Sequence record: NC_061449.1
Strand: one strand, 5' to 3'
DNA: 64,000 nt
In this document: positions 46,036-54,684 of the stretch, piece after piece
How the letters are laid out: each line of letters starts with the position of its first letter
How positions within the stretch are numbered: the stretch's first letter is position 1
The notes under the pieces: generated by a model
Told to the model about the DNA's origin: nothing
What the model saw: only the letters and a program-made list of their open reading frames with translations
The model's database searches: none
Position numbers and translations under genes: made by a program

Positions 46036-46493
46036 AAAAGGCCAAAGTAGCAATTAGTCGCGGTGGCTACAGACCGTCATCGCAAGAAGAAGCAAAGAAG
46101 CTGATAGCTGAATTTATTCTCGGTACTATCGGCGTCGACCCTACTGTTATCAGTCAACAAATGCTGTTGAACGTTGCGAACTACAACTACCTAACGTCTA
46201 TCGCAGACACAGGCAAGGCAAACGCAGCCAACCAAGCAGCATTGCATAAAACTGTAAAAGAACTTAATGCGTTCTGTAGACTGCACAAGATTCAACTGGG
46301 ATTACTAATTATGCCCCATACATCTGCTAGTGATTATTCTGGCGATGAAGTTGTAGCGATTCCGTGGGAGCATGTGCAGAAAAACGCATTAAGCCAGTCT
46401 GCCATCGAGTCGCTGTTTCAAACAGTTGAAGCCGATGGTTATCCGCAGTTTGTGACTGATGCGAAAACAGTAGAGGGATACAATGTTTTATGA
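46032..46493 (+). CDS. Hypothetical protein (start ATG 46032)
   Basis: GGGAG RBS. Confidence 0.7.
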   Translation: MKKAKVAISRGGYRPSSQEEAKKLIAEFILGTIGVDPTVISQQMLLNVANYNYLTSIADTGKANAANQAALHKTVKELNAFCRLHKIQLGLLIMPHTSASDYSGDEVVAIPWEHVQKNALSQSAIESLFQTVEADGYPQFVTDAKTVEGYNVL

Positions 46494-47763
46494 TCATGTA
46501 TTCAGCCACGACGAGAAGCAATTGCTCTTGTCTGTGGCAGAATCTAAATATCTGGTTCGGCTAGACTGCCCAGAGTATTTGAAGAAATCGAAACACGCGA
46601 TTGAAATTCGCCACACTGTGACGAACCGTGGTGAGCAACGTCGCAGTGGTACAATCACAACTGCGTTTGTACCGCGTATTCATTCTGCGACTGTGCAGCG
46701 CCTTGTGCGCGATGTTCGTGACTCTGCCTCAAAGAGTTCGTCTGATAATCTCGCTGCGCTGTTTGAGCTGGGTCTTGGTGTACCGAAGCAACACGATATT
46801 GCAGTGTACCTGAAAGACTACTCGCGTGAGAACGATAAGAAAGGTGTGGGTATCAAATATATCCGCAAACTGATTAACGAGTACCATCGAAAGCATCGTC
46901 ACAGTTTTGCCGGTAGTCGCTGGTTGATGCCCGCAGCGTATACTGCGAACATGCTCAACATGCAGAACTTCATTCATCTGAAAGAAGACGGTTACTCGAA
47001 GAAAGTAAAAGTACCTGAGGGTGTGCCTGTCGTGTTCATCTACCAGAACACGAATCATGAGAAAGCGATGTTTACGATGTGCGACGCATTCATGATAAGC
47101 CCGCTCGGTTACCCGATGCCGTTCGCGCAGATAGCGTTACGACCTGAGTTCAAAGCTGCACCGAAAGAGTTCAAGTCGAAAGCGCTGCGTGGCAAAAGCA
47201 TGTACGCCATGGTCATGGGCATTGTCTACTGGGAAGAAGGAAGTGCGATTGAGAACTTCCGGGAGCTACAGGCAATTGATGACGACCCGTATCTGACGCT
47301 GCTTAGTGACGAGAAGTACGCTGACCGCCGCTCTGAGGAGTATCAAGAGCTGCTGGACAAACGTGTTGAACTGAACGAGCAAGCGAAACACTGGAACGCA
47401 GTGATCGCTAAGTATGGCAACACAACGCGCACTCTGAAACCCGAACAAGTCGAGAAGCTACAGAAAGCCGAAGCGTTTTTCAAAGAACGCAAAGAGTTCA
47501 TGGACGACTTCGACAAGTTCGAGAAGAAAGAAAACCACAAAGCTGCGAAGAAGTTCGCTGCTGCGAAAGCGCTGTTTGCCGCTGTTGATTGTGGCACTAT
47601 CATGGACCGCACGACTTATATGTCCGTGTCGTCTGGGCTTGACGATGTGAATAAGATTCTTACCGTATGGGGATTCACAACCGTCAATACTGTTAATGTT
47701 AGTTTGAAGAAGTCTGTTCTTACATACGACCGCAAAAACGCAAGCCGCGTCTGGTCACTGTAA
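46483..47763 (+). CDS. Hypothetical protein
   Basis: 426 aa, GAGGGA RBS. Confidence 0.75.
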   Translation: MFYDHVFSHDEKQLLLSVAESKYLVRLDCPEYLKKSKHAIEIRHTVTNRGEQRRSGTITTAFVPRIHSATVQRLVRDVRDSASKSSSDNLAALFELGLGVPKQHDIAVYLKDYSRENDKKGVGIKYIRKLINEYHRKHRHSFAGSRWLMPAAYTANMLNMQNFIHLKEDGYSKKVKVPEGVPVVFIYQNTNHEKAMFTMCDAFMISPLGYPMPFAQIALRPEFKAAPKEFKSKALRGKSMYAMVMGIVYWEEGSAIENFRELQAIDDDPYLTLLSDEKYADRRSEEYQELLDKRVELNEQAKHWNAVIAKYGNTTRTLKPEQVEKLQKAEAFFKERKEFMDDFDKFEKKENHKAAKKFAAAKALFAAVDCGTIMDRTTYMSVSSGLDDVNKILTVWGFTTVNTVNVSLKKSVLTYDRKNASRVWSL

Positions 47764-47766
47764 ACC
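47757..47766 (+). promoter_or_regulatory. WCTGTAAAY motif upstream of the giant acidic protein
   Basis: ACTGTAAACC, overlapping the previous stop codon. Confidence 0.4.
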
Positions 47767-47789
47767 ACTTATCTGAGGAGATAACGCAA

Positions 47790-50700
47790 ATGTCTAATAA
47801 TAATCTGGGCGCTGCTGCATCATTTGGTTCTGAAACACAAAAGCAGATTAGCGACGAGCAACGTCGTGCTCACTCTGCTGAGAGCGGTCATCTGAACAAA
47901 TGCACCATCGTTGTTCTGACTTCTCTGAACGCTCACGGTCGCTTCTCTTACATGAGCGCTGACGAGCAACTGCACGAGAAGTCGATTGAAGGTAAGGTAA
48001 TGGATCGACTGCCTAGCCTGATCGAACGTGCAACTGGTCCTTCTACAGACCAGAACAGTGCGTATTACATTCTGCATCCAAACAATGGTGTGCCTACTCG
48101 CATCGACGAGCGCATCAAAGTTGGTGAAGGTGATGCGGTCATTGTTTCGTATACTGTAAATAAAGCGGTGTCAGAGATGCACGGTAGTTTGTCGCTCGCT
48201 CTTTTCAGCGCAGGCGAAAGCGACCTGTCAGACTTGGCAGCCGAGTTTGGGGTTCACTCTATCTCGATTGTCGAAGAAAGCAAAGCCGGTAATTACATTC
48301 AGGCACTCGCCGCTCAGGTGGAAGCTCTGCAAACTGTAAATATCACAAGCATTGATGAAACTGATGGTGCTCTCGATAAAGCGGTAATTGATTACAGCGC
48401 GTTGCCAGCTAACCCTGTTACTGTGCTGTCTGGTGCTGTGCGTACTTTCATCATGCAAACTATTGGCGGCGAGATCGTTGCTGCAATTCCAAATAACGGA
48501 GAACTGAACGTGAAACAACCTACCAACGCAACGCCTGTAAACCTGAGCGAAGACTTCGACGCAGAAGACGAAGTTGTTGATCAGCATGAAGGCGGCGACG
48601 AAGAAGAAGTTGCTACTGGCACTGACCTGTTCGGCTACAAAGCAGAAACGCTGTCTGTTGAGCAAATGACCGAAGCGCTCGAAGCGATTGGTTATGATCT
48701 GACTGCGATGAACGAAGACGGTATTCGTGAATCGTTCGACACTGAGCAGGCCATCTGGCTGGAAAAAGCTGACAGCGCCGAAGTAGACGGCGAAGACGAC
48801 GATGCCGAAGACGAAGAAGAAGACGAAGAAGAAACCGAAGACGGTGACTTCGATGCCGTTCAATTCCTCGCTTCTGTGCTGGTCGCCGAAGAACTGGATC
48901 GTGCCGGTCTGAAAGTTCTGATTCGTACTCAAGACCTTCCGGTGATGAAGAAAGACACCGTTGAAACTCTGACTGCGAAGCTGCTTGAGCTGGTCGAAGG
49001 CGCAACCGAAGAAGAGATGGTTGAACTGCTGAACACATTCGTAGGCGCTCTGCAAGAGCATGAAATCGCCTGCCCGAACATGCTGGCGGCTCTGTCTTCT
49101 GACGAAGACGAAGACGAAGACGAAGACGAAGACGAAGACGAAGACGAAGAAGATTCTGAGGAGGAAGAAGACTCCGAAGATGATGAAGACGAAGACGAAG
49201 AAGATTCTGAGGAGGAAGAAGACTCCGAAGATGATGACGGTGATGACCTGCAGGAGCAGATTGACGCCGTAACTGATCCTCTCGACTACTTCCAGTTTAC
49301 CGGCGGTGCCCTGACTGCTGAACAACGTGCTGCTGCCGTTGCTGCTATGGGTGAAGACGCATCTGCGATGACTATCGTTCAGGTAATGAAAGCGTTTACT
49401 CGCATTCAAAGCCAGACCAGCCCTATCGCTGCTGACGATGAAGCTGACCTTTCGTCTAACGTTGACGAACTGACTGCGCTGCTTGGTCAGTACGATGAAG
49501 CGACCGTTCAGCACGTAGCTGAAAGCCTGGGCATTCTCGTTGACGAATGCGAAACCGCTGACGAAATGATCGAAGCGATTGCTAACGGCGGTAACGAAGA
49601 CGACTTCGCCGCAGTTGAAGAGATCGCAACTAACTACGGTGTTGACCTGTCCGAAGTTGCTGACGGCCGTGAGCTGAACTTTGTTGACGCTCTGCTTGCC
49701 GTGCTGCCAGCGTTCCTGAACGACGACGAAGTTTCCGACGACGAAGACGAAGACGAAGACGCCGATGAAGCAGGCGACGATGAAGTTGAAAGCGAAGACG
49801 AAGATGAAGTAGAAGCTGAGGGCGATGCCCCTGCTGAAAACGATCATCTGAAATTCGTTAAGTCTGTTGATACCACAAATCGCGTTGGCCCTATGCTGAC
49901 TGTCGATATGGACCAGACTCTGATCATCAACTTCACGCTGACTGACGGTGATACTTACTCGCCGATTGAAAGCGAACTGTCTGACATTAACGGCTTCAAC
50001 TACCGCTATCCGTTCAATCTGGGTAAAGCTGGTAAAGCGCCGGGCGCGATGCACCTGCCAGCGCAGTCTCTGCTGGACATCATCGAACGTACCAGCACTA
50101 CTCGCTTCATGGCTGACCCATCAACGTTCGATGTTGCTGCGTGGTCTGAGAGTCTCGAAGCGACTCTGGAAGATGAAATCGCATCATCTCTGTATGCTGG
50201 TCGCATCGAAGATGGTATGGACCCGAACGAAGCTGGTCTTGTCGTCGGTGAGTTCATCGACGAAGAAGAAATCGCACAAGCCACTGAGCTGGGATACATC
50301 GACGAAGATCAGTTTGCAGAACTGCAGGGCGACCATCTGCCGATTGCAAGCCTGTACAGTGCTAAGTCTCGCGTCCGTCCTGTGCAGGTTGATACTGCCC
50401 ACGTCGCGCTGCACACCACTGTGATGAACGTTGCAGTCCCTGGCTTCTGGGGTGACTCTGATGTTTCTCTGCTGGTGCAAGCTGCTGTTAACCGCGTTAT
50501 CGCTCTGGCTGGTACCGTTGAAGGTATCAAAGTGTACGCTGGCTTCACGTTCGAGTCTGCTGCACTGCTGAACAACGACCGTCTGTTTGAAGCGCTGACC
50601 GCACTGCGCACCATGGAAGGCGTACAGTCTTACTCTGCTGCTGACGCTGCGAACTTCGACGACGCAGAAGACGTGATCGAAGTAGCTGGTGCTCTCGATG

Positions 50701-50840
50701 CTCGCGACCTGCCGCTGTCTATCCTGTCTGGCGGTCTGGCTGCTGCAACGTTCGATAACGGCGGTGACCTGACTGTTCTTGTTCAGTGTTCTCCTGAGGA
50801 AGAAGAATCCGAAGAAGAAGACGAAGGCGAAGACGAATAA
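47790..50840 (+). CDS. Giant (1016 aa) hyper-acidic protein with several HeH-like modules
   Basis: GAGGAG RBS; D/E tracts; EELDRAGLKVLIRTQDLPVMKKDTVETLTAKLL. Confidence 0.85.
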   Translation: MSNNNLGAAASFGSETQKQISDEQRRAHSAESGHLNKCTIVVLTSLNAHGRFSYMSADEQLHEKSIEGKVMDRLPSLIERATGPSTDQNSAYYILHPNNGVPTRIDERIKVGEGDAVIVSYTVNKAVSEMHGSLSLALFSAGESDLSDLAAEFGVHSISIVEESKAGNYIQALAAQVEALQTVNITSIDETDGALDKAVIDYSALPANPVTVLSGAVRTFIMQTIGGEIVAAIPNNGELNVKQPTNATPVNLSEDFDAEDEVVDQHEGGDEEEVATGTDLFGYKAETLSVEQMTEALEAIGYDLTAMNEDGIRESFDTEQAIWLEKADSAEVDGEDDDAEDEEEDEEETEDGDFDAVQFLASVLVAEELDRAGLKVLIRTQDLPVMKKDTVETLTAKLLELVEGATEEEMVELLNTFVGALQEHEIACPNMLAALSSDEDEDEDEDEDEDEDEEDSEEEEDSEDDEDEDEEDSEEEEDSEDDDGDDLQEQIDAVTDPLDYFQFTGGALTAEQRAAAVAAMGEDASAMTIVQVMKAFTRIQSQTSPIAADDEADLSSNVDELTALLGQYDEATVQHVAESLGILVDECETADEMIEAIANGGNEDDFAAVEEIATNYGVDLSEVADGRELNFVDALLAVLPAFLNDDEVSDDEDEDEDADEAGDDEVESEDEDEVEAEGDAPAENDHLKFVKSVDTTNRVGPMLTVDMDQTLIINFTLTDGDTYSPIESELSDINGFNYRYPFNLGKAGKAPGAMHLPAQSLLDIIERTSTTRFMADPSTFDVAAWSESLEATLEDEIASSLYAGRIEDGMDPNEAGLVVGEFIDEEEIAQATELGYIDEDQFAELQGDHLPIASLYSAKSRVRPVQVDTAHVALHTTVMNVAVPGFWGDSDVSLLVQAAVNRVIALAGTVEGIKVYAGFTFESAALLNNDRLFEALTALRTMEGVQSYSAADAANFDDAEDVIEVAGALDARDLPLSILSGGLAAATFDNGGDLTVLVQCSPEEEESEEEDEGEDE
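49101..49237 (+). repeat. (GACGAA)8 microsatellite plus 51-bp-period tandem duplication in CDS
   Basis: GACGAA x8 at 49101-49148; 50 identical nt at 49137-49186 and 49188-49237. Confidence 0.9.
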
Positions 50841-50853
50841 TAAAGTCTGAACG

Positions 50854-50881
50854 AGCGGCTCGAAAGGGCCGCTTACTTTTC
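50854..50881 (+). terminator. Terminator-like hairpin with GAAA loop
   Basis: AGCGGCTC-GAAA-GGGCCGCT-TACTTTT. Confidence 0.7.
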
Positions 50882-50897
50882 TCGGGGATCTGTAAAC

Positions 50898-51725
50898 ATG
50901 ACACAAGAAGTAGACCATGAAGCTAACATCATTCAGATGCTTAGTAGCCGTGACGATAAAATCCGCGAACTGACCAACGAGCTTGAAGAAGCTGTTGGTG
51001 ATAAGAAAGATGTGGAGGACGTCTTAGATGACACAGTGCGCGGCAATACTGTGCTGCGTGTCGCACTCAGACGTAAAGTACGCCAACACGCCGTTGAAAT
51101 CTCACTGCGCGATGAACGCATTCGTGAAATCACTGGATTCTGCAACGAGCAGACCGAAGAAGTTCGCACACTGAAAGCTGAACTCGAATCTGTAAAGAGT
51201 AAACACGAAGCGGCAAACCCGCTACCGTTTGCTCTGCATATGATAATGTGTGCTGGCATCAACCACTACCACACAGTCATCCAGCAACTCGCTCACGGTA
51301 CTGTAAACCGTGAAACGAACAAAGTATCTCGCGCACTGGCCGAGCAAAACAAAACAGACACAGTGGTCAAACAGCCTTCGCTGTATCGCTCTGTCGCAAT
51401 GTATTGTTCTGCTGTTAGTACCGATGCGCCGACGGCCGATGTGCTTCGTGGTAAGATTAAAGATCACATCGAAGCGCATGTCGACCTGTTCAAGAAAGAC
51501 CAGCAGTACGAAATGTCTCGCGCTATGCTGCATCTCGTGTGGGAAGCCGAAGCGAAAGCTGCTCACATGGGGTTTGGTGCACGTAACATCTGTCGTTCAT
51601 TCGACTGGCTGCCAATCGGCGTTGCTGGTGATACCGACGTGTTAGATGATGAAGACGACTACGAAGAATTGTTCTGCGAGTCGCTTCTCACTATCTGTCT
51701 GCAACTGATTAACGATAGCTTTTAA
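50898..51725 (+). CDS. Coiled-coil hypothetical protein
   Basis: Heptad-rich N-terminal half. Confidence 0.75.
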   Translation: MTQEVDHEANIIQMLSSRDDKIRELTNELEEAVGDKKDVEDVLDDTVRGNTVLRVALRRKVRQHAVEISLRDERIREITGFCNEQTEEVRTLKAELESVKSKHEAANPLPFALHMIMCAGINHYHTVIQQLAHGTVNRETNKVSRALAEQNKTDTVVKQPSLYRSVAMYCSAVSTDAPTADVLRGKIKDHIEAHVDLFKKDQQYEMSRAMLHLVWEAEAKAAHMGFGARNICRSFDWLPIGVAGDTDVLDDEDDYEELFCESLLTICLQLINDSF

Positions 51726-51727
51726 TA

Positions 51728-51763
51728 ATCTGTAAAAGTTACCTGCAATCGAAACTGTAAACA
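51728..51763 (+). promoter_or_regulatory. Tandem WCTGTAAA motifs
   Basis: ATCTGTAAAAG (51728) and ACTGTAAACA (51754). Confidence 0.5.
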
Positions 51764-51820
51764 CTAATTGAAGTTCGAACCGAGCAACAAGCTCACACTT
51801 ATAAATCCCGGAGCATTACA

Positions 51821-52375
51821 ATGGCTAAAGTAACTAAAGGCACTTCACTGGCACCTACCCTGGCATCTCGCATTGCTAAAAAATCTGGTTCCATCAGCAC
51901 CTCTAAAGTGAAGCCTGCTGACCTGCCGCACGACATTCTGATTGAAACAGTTCAGGCTGTTGAGCTGATTGGTTTCATTACTGATCGTACTGAAAACAGC
52001 GTTACCATTCGTCACAAACGTGGTCACGGTTCTTCTGCTCAGATCGTTTCTACTTTCGGTCCTAACCAAATCCTGTCTGTGCTGGGCGAAGCCGGTTCTC
52101 ACGGTAGCGTAATCGCAAACATCAGCGCTCCGGTGCGTGAGTACAAAGGCTTCACCGTTAAGTTCGTTGGCAACTTCATCCACGCGACCTCTGTTGAAAC
52201 TGGCGAAGTGGTTCATATCAACACCGCGCTGCCTGGCTACAACGTTCGCCCGACTGTGAACGAAACTGCTGCTGCTAAAAAGTACGGTACTGCCGCGCCT
52301 GCGAAAGCGAAGAAAGCTGATAAAGCTGATAAAGGCGGTAAGCCAGCTAAACTGGTTAAGAAAGCAAAAAAGTAA
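51821..52375 (+). CDS. Basic protein with beta-rich core and Lys/Ala tail
   Basis: GGAG RBS; highly expressed-type codons. Confidence 0.8.
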   Translation: MAKVTKGTSLAPTLASRIAKKSGSISTSKVKPADLPHDILIETVQAVELIGFITDRTENSVTIRHKRGHGSSAQIVSTFGPNQILSVLGEAGSHGSVIANISAPVREYKGFTVKFVGNFIHATSVETGEVVHINTALPGYNVRPTVNETAAAKKYGTAAPAKAKKADKADKGGKPAKLVKKAKK

Positions 52376-52411
52376 TAAAGTCTGACGAAGACTTTTAACT
52401 GAACTTTCGAA

Positions 52412-52479
52412 ATCTGTAAACATTAAGTATGCAGTGAGATAAAATGTTCTCACTGCCTGTCTCTTGAAATCTGTAAATC
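52412..52479 (+). promoter_or_regulatory. Tandem WCTGTAAAY motifs
   Basis: ATCTGTAAACA (52412) and ATCTGTAAATC (52469). Confidence 0.5.
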
Positions 52480-52524
52480 TTAATTGAAGCAACATCGCTT
52501 CTACTCAAACAGGAAAAACAAATC

Positions 52525-53349
52525 ATGGCTAAAGCTGCTAAAGCAACCGTTAACACCGCATCTCTGGTTCTGGCAAAAATGCTTGGTGTTGTAGTAGAAA
52601 ACGCGACCGATAAAGAAATCGCTGCGCTGCTCGCATCTGCCGGTCTGACCGTGTCTGGTGGCAAAGTTGTTAAAGCTGACAAAGGCGGTAAAGCTGCTAA
52701 AGGCAAAAAGGCAAAAGCACCTACCGTTGCTGAAATCGTCGCTGCTGTGAAAGACGAAGAAGAACTGGACATTTCCGGCGTTGACGAAGACACTCTGCGT
52801 GAAGCAGTTGTCAAAGCCAAGCTGGCTAATAAAAAGAAAGCAGGTGCGCTGGACGAAGACGAACTGCGCGAACTGCTGAACGACAACCTGGGTGGCGAGT
52901 CCGATGAGGACGAAGACGAAGAAGAAGAAGAAGAGGACGACGAAGACGAGGACGAAGAGTCCGACGACGAAGACGAAGACGGCGACGACGACGAAGACGA
53001 AGACGACGACTCTGATGATGAAGAAGAGGACGACGAAGACGACGAAGACGGCGACGACGACGAAGACGACGAAGACGGCGACGACGAAGATGAAGATGAA
53101 GACGACGAAGATGAAGACGAGGATGAAGATGAAGATCTCGACCTCGATTCACTCGACGAAGACGAACTTCGCGCCCTGGTAATCGAACACAAGCTGGCCG
53201 CCGCCAAGAAAGCGAAAAAGATGGACGAAGATGAACTGCGCGAACTCTGCGAAGAACACTTCGGCGGCGAAGACGACGAAGACGACGAAGACGAAGATGA
53301 AGACGACGAAGACTTCGACGACGAAGACGAAGACGAAGACGACGAGTAA
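52525..53349 (+). CDS. Hyper-acidic protein with two copies of the shared helical module
   Basis: AGGA RBS; modules at 52765-52896 and 53137-53268 flanking a near-pure D/E tract. Confidence 0.85.
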   Translation: MAKAAKATVNTASLVLAKMLGVVVENATDKEIAALLASAGLTVSGGKVVKADKGGKAAKGKKAKAPTVAEIVAAVKDEEELDISGVDEDTLREAVVKAKLANKKKAGALDEDELRELLNDNLGGESDEDEDEEEEEEDDEDEDEESDDEDEDGDDDEDEDDDSDDEEEDDEDDEDGDDDEDDEDGDDEDEDEDDEDEDEDEDEDLDLDSLDEDELRALVIEHKLAAAKKAKKMDEDELRELCEEHFGGEDDEDDEDEDEDDEDFDDEDEDEDDE

Positions 53350-53366
53350 TATCTTCTGACCGGCGC

Positions 53367-53398
53367 GCCCCTCTAGTTCTGACGAATGAGCGAGGGGC
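53367..53398 (+). terminator. Hairpin after the acidic gene
   Basis: GCCCCTC...GAGGGGC. Confidence 0.45.
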
Positions 53399-53400
53399 AA

Positions 53401-53479
53401 ATATTCGAGAAAACTTTTCGAATATTTTTTGTAAAAAGTTTCAAAATTTCTTGCAGACGTATGTTGAATATAATAATGT
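53401..53479 (+). promoter_or_regulatory. Canonical sigma70-type promoter with upstream palindrome
   Basis: TTGCAG (53451)-17 nt-TAATGT (53474); ATATTCGA-GAAAACTTT-TCGAATAT at 53401-53425. Confidence 0.5.
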
Positions 53480-53566
53480 ACGTCTACAGGAAATCAAACC
53501 CTGAACAAATTTATCTTTTCATCCAGCGGTGAAAACGCCGCATCAAATATAAAGTAAGGATATCAC

Positions 53567-54091
53567 ATGAGCAAGAAAATCATCAGCGGCCTGAACAAAG
53601 AAATCAAAGCCCTGGACAAATCTGAAAAAGCGCTGGTTAAAACTGCTGCCGGTCTGACCAAAGAAGCCGAAGCGATTGCTGCACGCCGCGAAGGCCTGGC
53701 TGCTCAGGTTGAAGCTCTGGCTAGCGGCGGTGAAGCTGCTCCAGCTAAAGGCAAAGCTAAAGCAGAGAAAGCTGCTAAGCCTGCTAAAGCAGAGAAAAAA
53801 GCAAAAGCTGAAAAGCCTGCTAAAGCTGAAAAAGCTGGCAAGAAAGCAAAAGCTGAAAAGCCTGCTAAAGCTGAAAAAGCAGACAAAAAAGCAAAAGCTG
53901 AAAAGCCTGCTAAAGCAGACAAAAAAGCAAAGGCTGAAAAGCCAGCCAAAGCTGATAAAAAAGCTAAAGCTGAAAAAGCCGCTAAGCCTGCTAAAGCAGA
54001 CAAAGCCGCCAAGAAAGTGAAAGGCGACAAGAAAGCCAAAGCTGGCAAGCAGAAGAAAGAGTCCGAAGACTTCGACTTCGAAATGGAATAA
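53567..54091 (+). CDS. Histone H1-like (AlgP/Hc2-type) protein: coiled-coil N-terminus, KAEKPAKA repeats, acidic-aromatic tail
   Basis: AAGGA RBS; repeated KA(E/D)KPAKA units; ends ESEDFDFEME. Confidence 0.8.
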   Translation: MSKKIISGLNKEIKALDKSEKALVKTAAGLTKEAEAIAARREGLAAQVEALASGGEAAPAKGKAKAEKAAKPAKAEKKAKAEKPAKAEKAGKKAKAEKPAKAEKADKKAKAEKPAKADKKAKAEKPAKADKKAKAEKAAKPAKADKAAKKVKGDKKAKAGKQKKESEDFDFEME

Positions 54092-54124
54092 GCAAGTAAT
54101 CGCGCACTAGCGGTCACTTGATCG

Positions 54125-54157
54125 AAAGGGCAGCGCTGACGAGCGTTTGCCCTTTTG
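54125..54157 (+). terminator. Intrinsic terminator
   Basis: AAAGGGCAGCGCT-GACG-AGCGTTTGCCCTTTT. Confidence 0.75.
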
Positions 54158-54189
54158 TCATATCTACACGACTTTTTGAGGTATTCCCT

Positions 54190-54684
54190 ATGTCTGCCGA
54201 ACATCTGCTTAACGACGACCTCCCCGACGATACTCGCCCGCTCAAACCCGCTCTCGAATCTGCTAAACCTACCTACTACGACTTGATGACGCTACGCTTA
54301 GAAGCTGGTGCTCGTCTTGCTCGTGCTATCAAAACATTGCGTGATGCTAACGTTCTCCCTACATCAGGTAGTGGTGCTACACTTCTAACTACTGCTCTTG
54401 AAGTAGCGGAACGTCACTTCGCTGATATCTGCATGGGACTCGTACCTGTTCGTGAAGGTACTGATGTATGCACAATCAAGATGCGTGAAGACCTCCCTGC
54501 CTGTGTCGAAGCGTTTCGTATTGTCGTAATGGAACATGCTCAACGTGAAGCACTGGAGCGTGAGTGTCGAAACATGATCGACCACGTAGGCGGCTTTAAG
54601 ATTCTCACTCAGCCTCAAGTGCTGCATGTCGAAAACAAACACGTCTGCAATGGGGATTGCGATCATGACTCAGAAACTGTCTGA
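54190..54684 (+). CDS. Hypothetical protein (start ATG 54190)
   Basis: GAGGT RBS. Confidence 0.7.
   Translation: MSAEHLLNDDLPDDTRPLKPALESAKPTYYDLMTLRLEAGARLARAIKTLRDANVLPTSGSGATLLTTALEVAERHFADICMGLVPVREGTDVCTIKMREDLPACVEAFRIVVMEHAQREALERECRNMIDHVGGFKILTQPQVLHVENKHVCNGDCDHDSETV

Noticed and set aside
48228-50054. 608-aa minus-strand ORF (and similar ones at 1496, 44332, 44660, 52395, 53704)
   Set aside because: Mirror of GAC/GAA- or AAA/GCT-rich plus-strand genes, giving F/V/S-rich nonsense translations
50838-52386. TAATAAAGTCTGA after two stop codons and frequent TCTGA after gene ends as an antitermination box
   Set aside because: Only two long copies, and the 5-mer is expected by chance about once per kb
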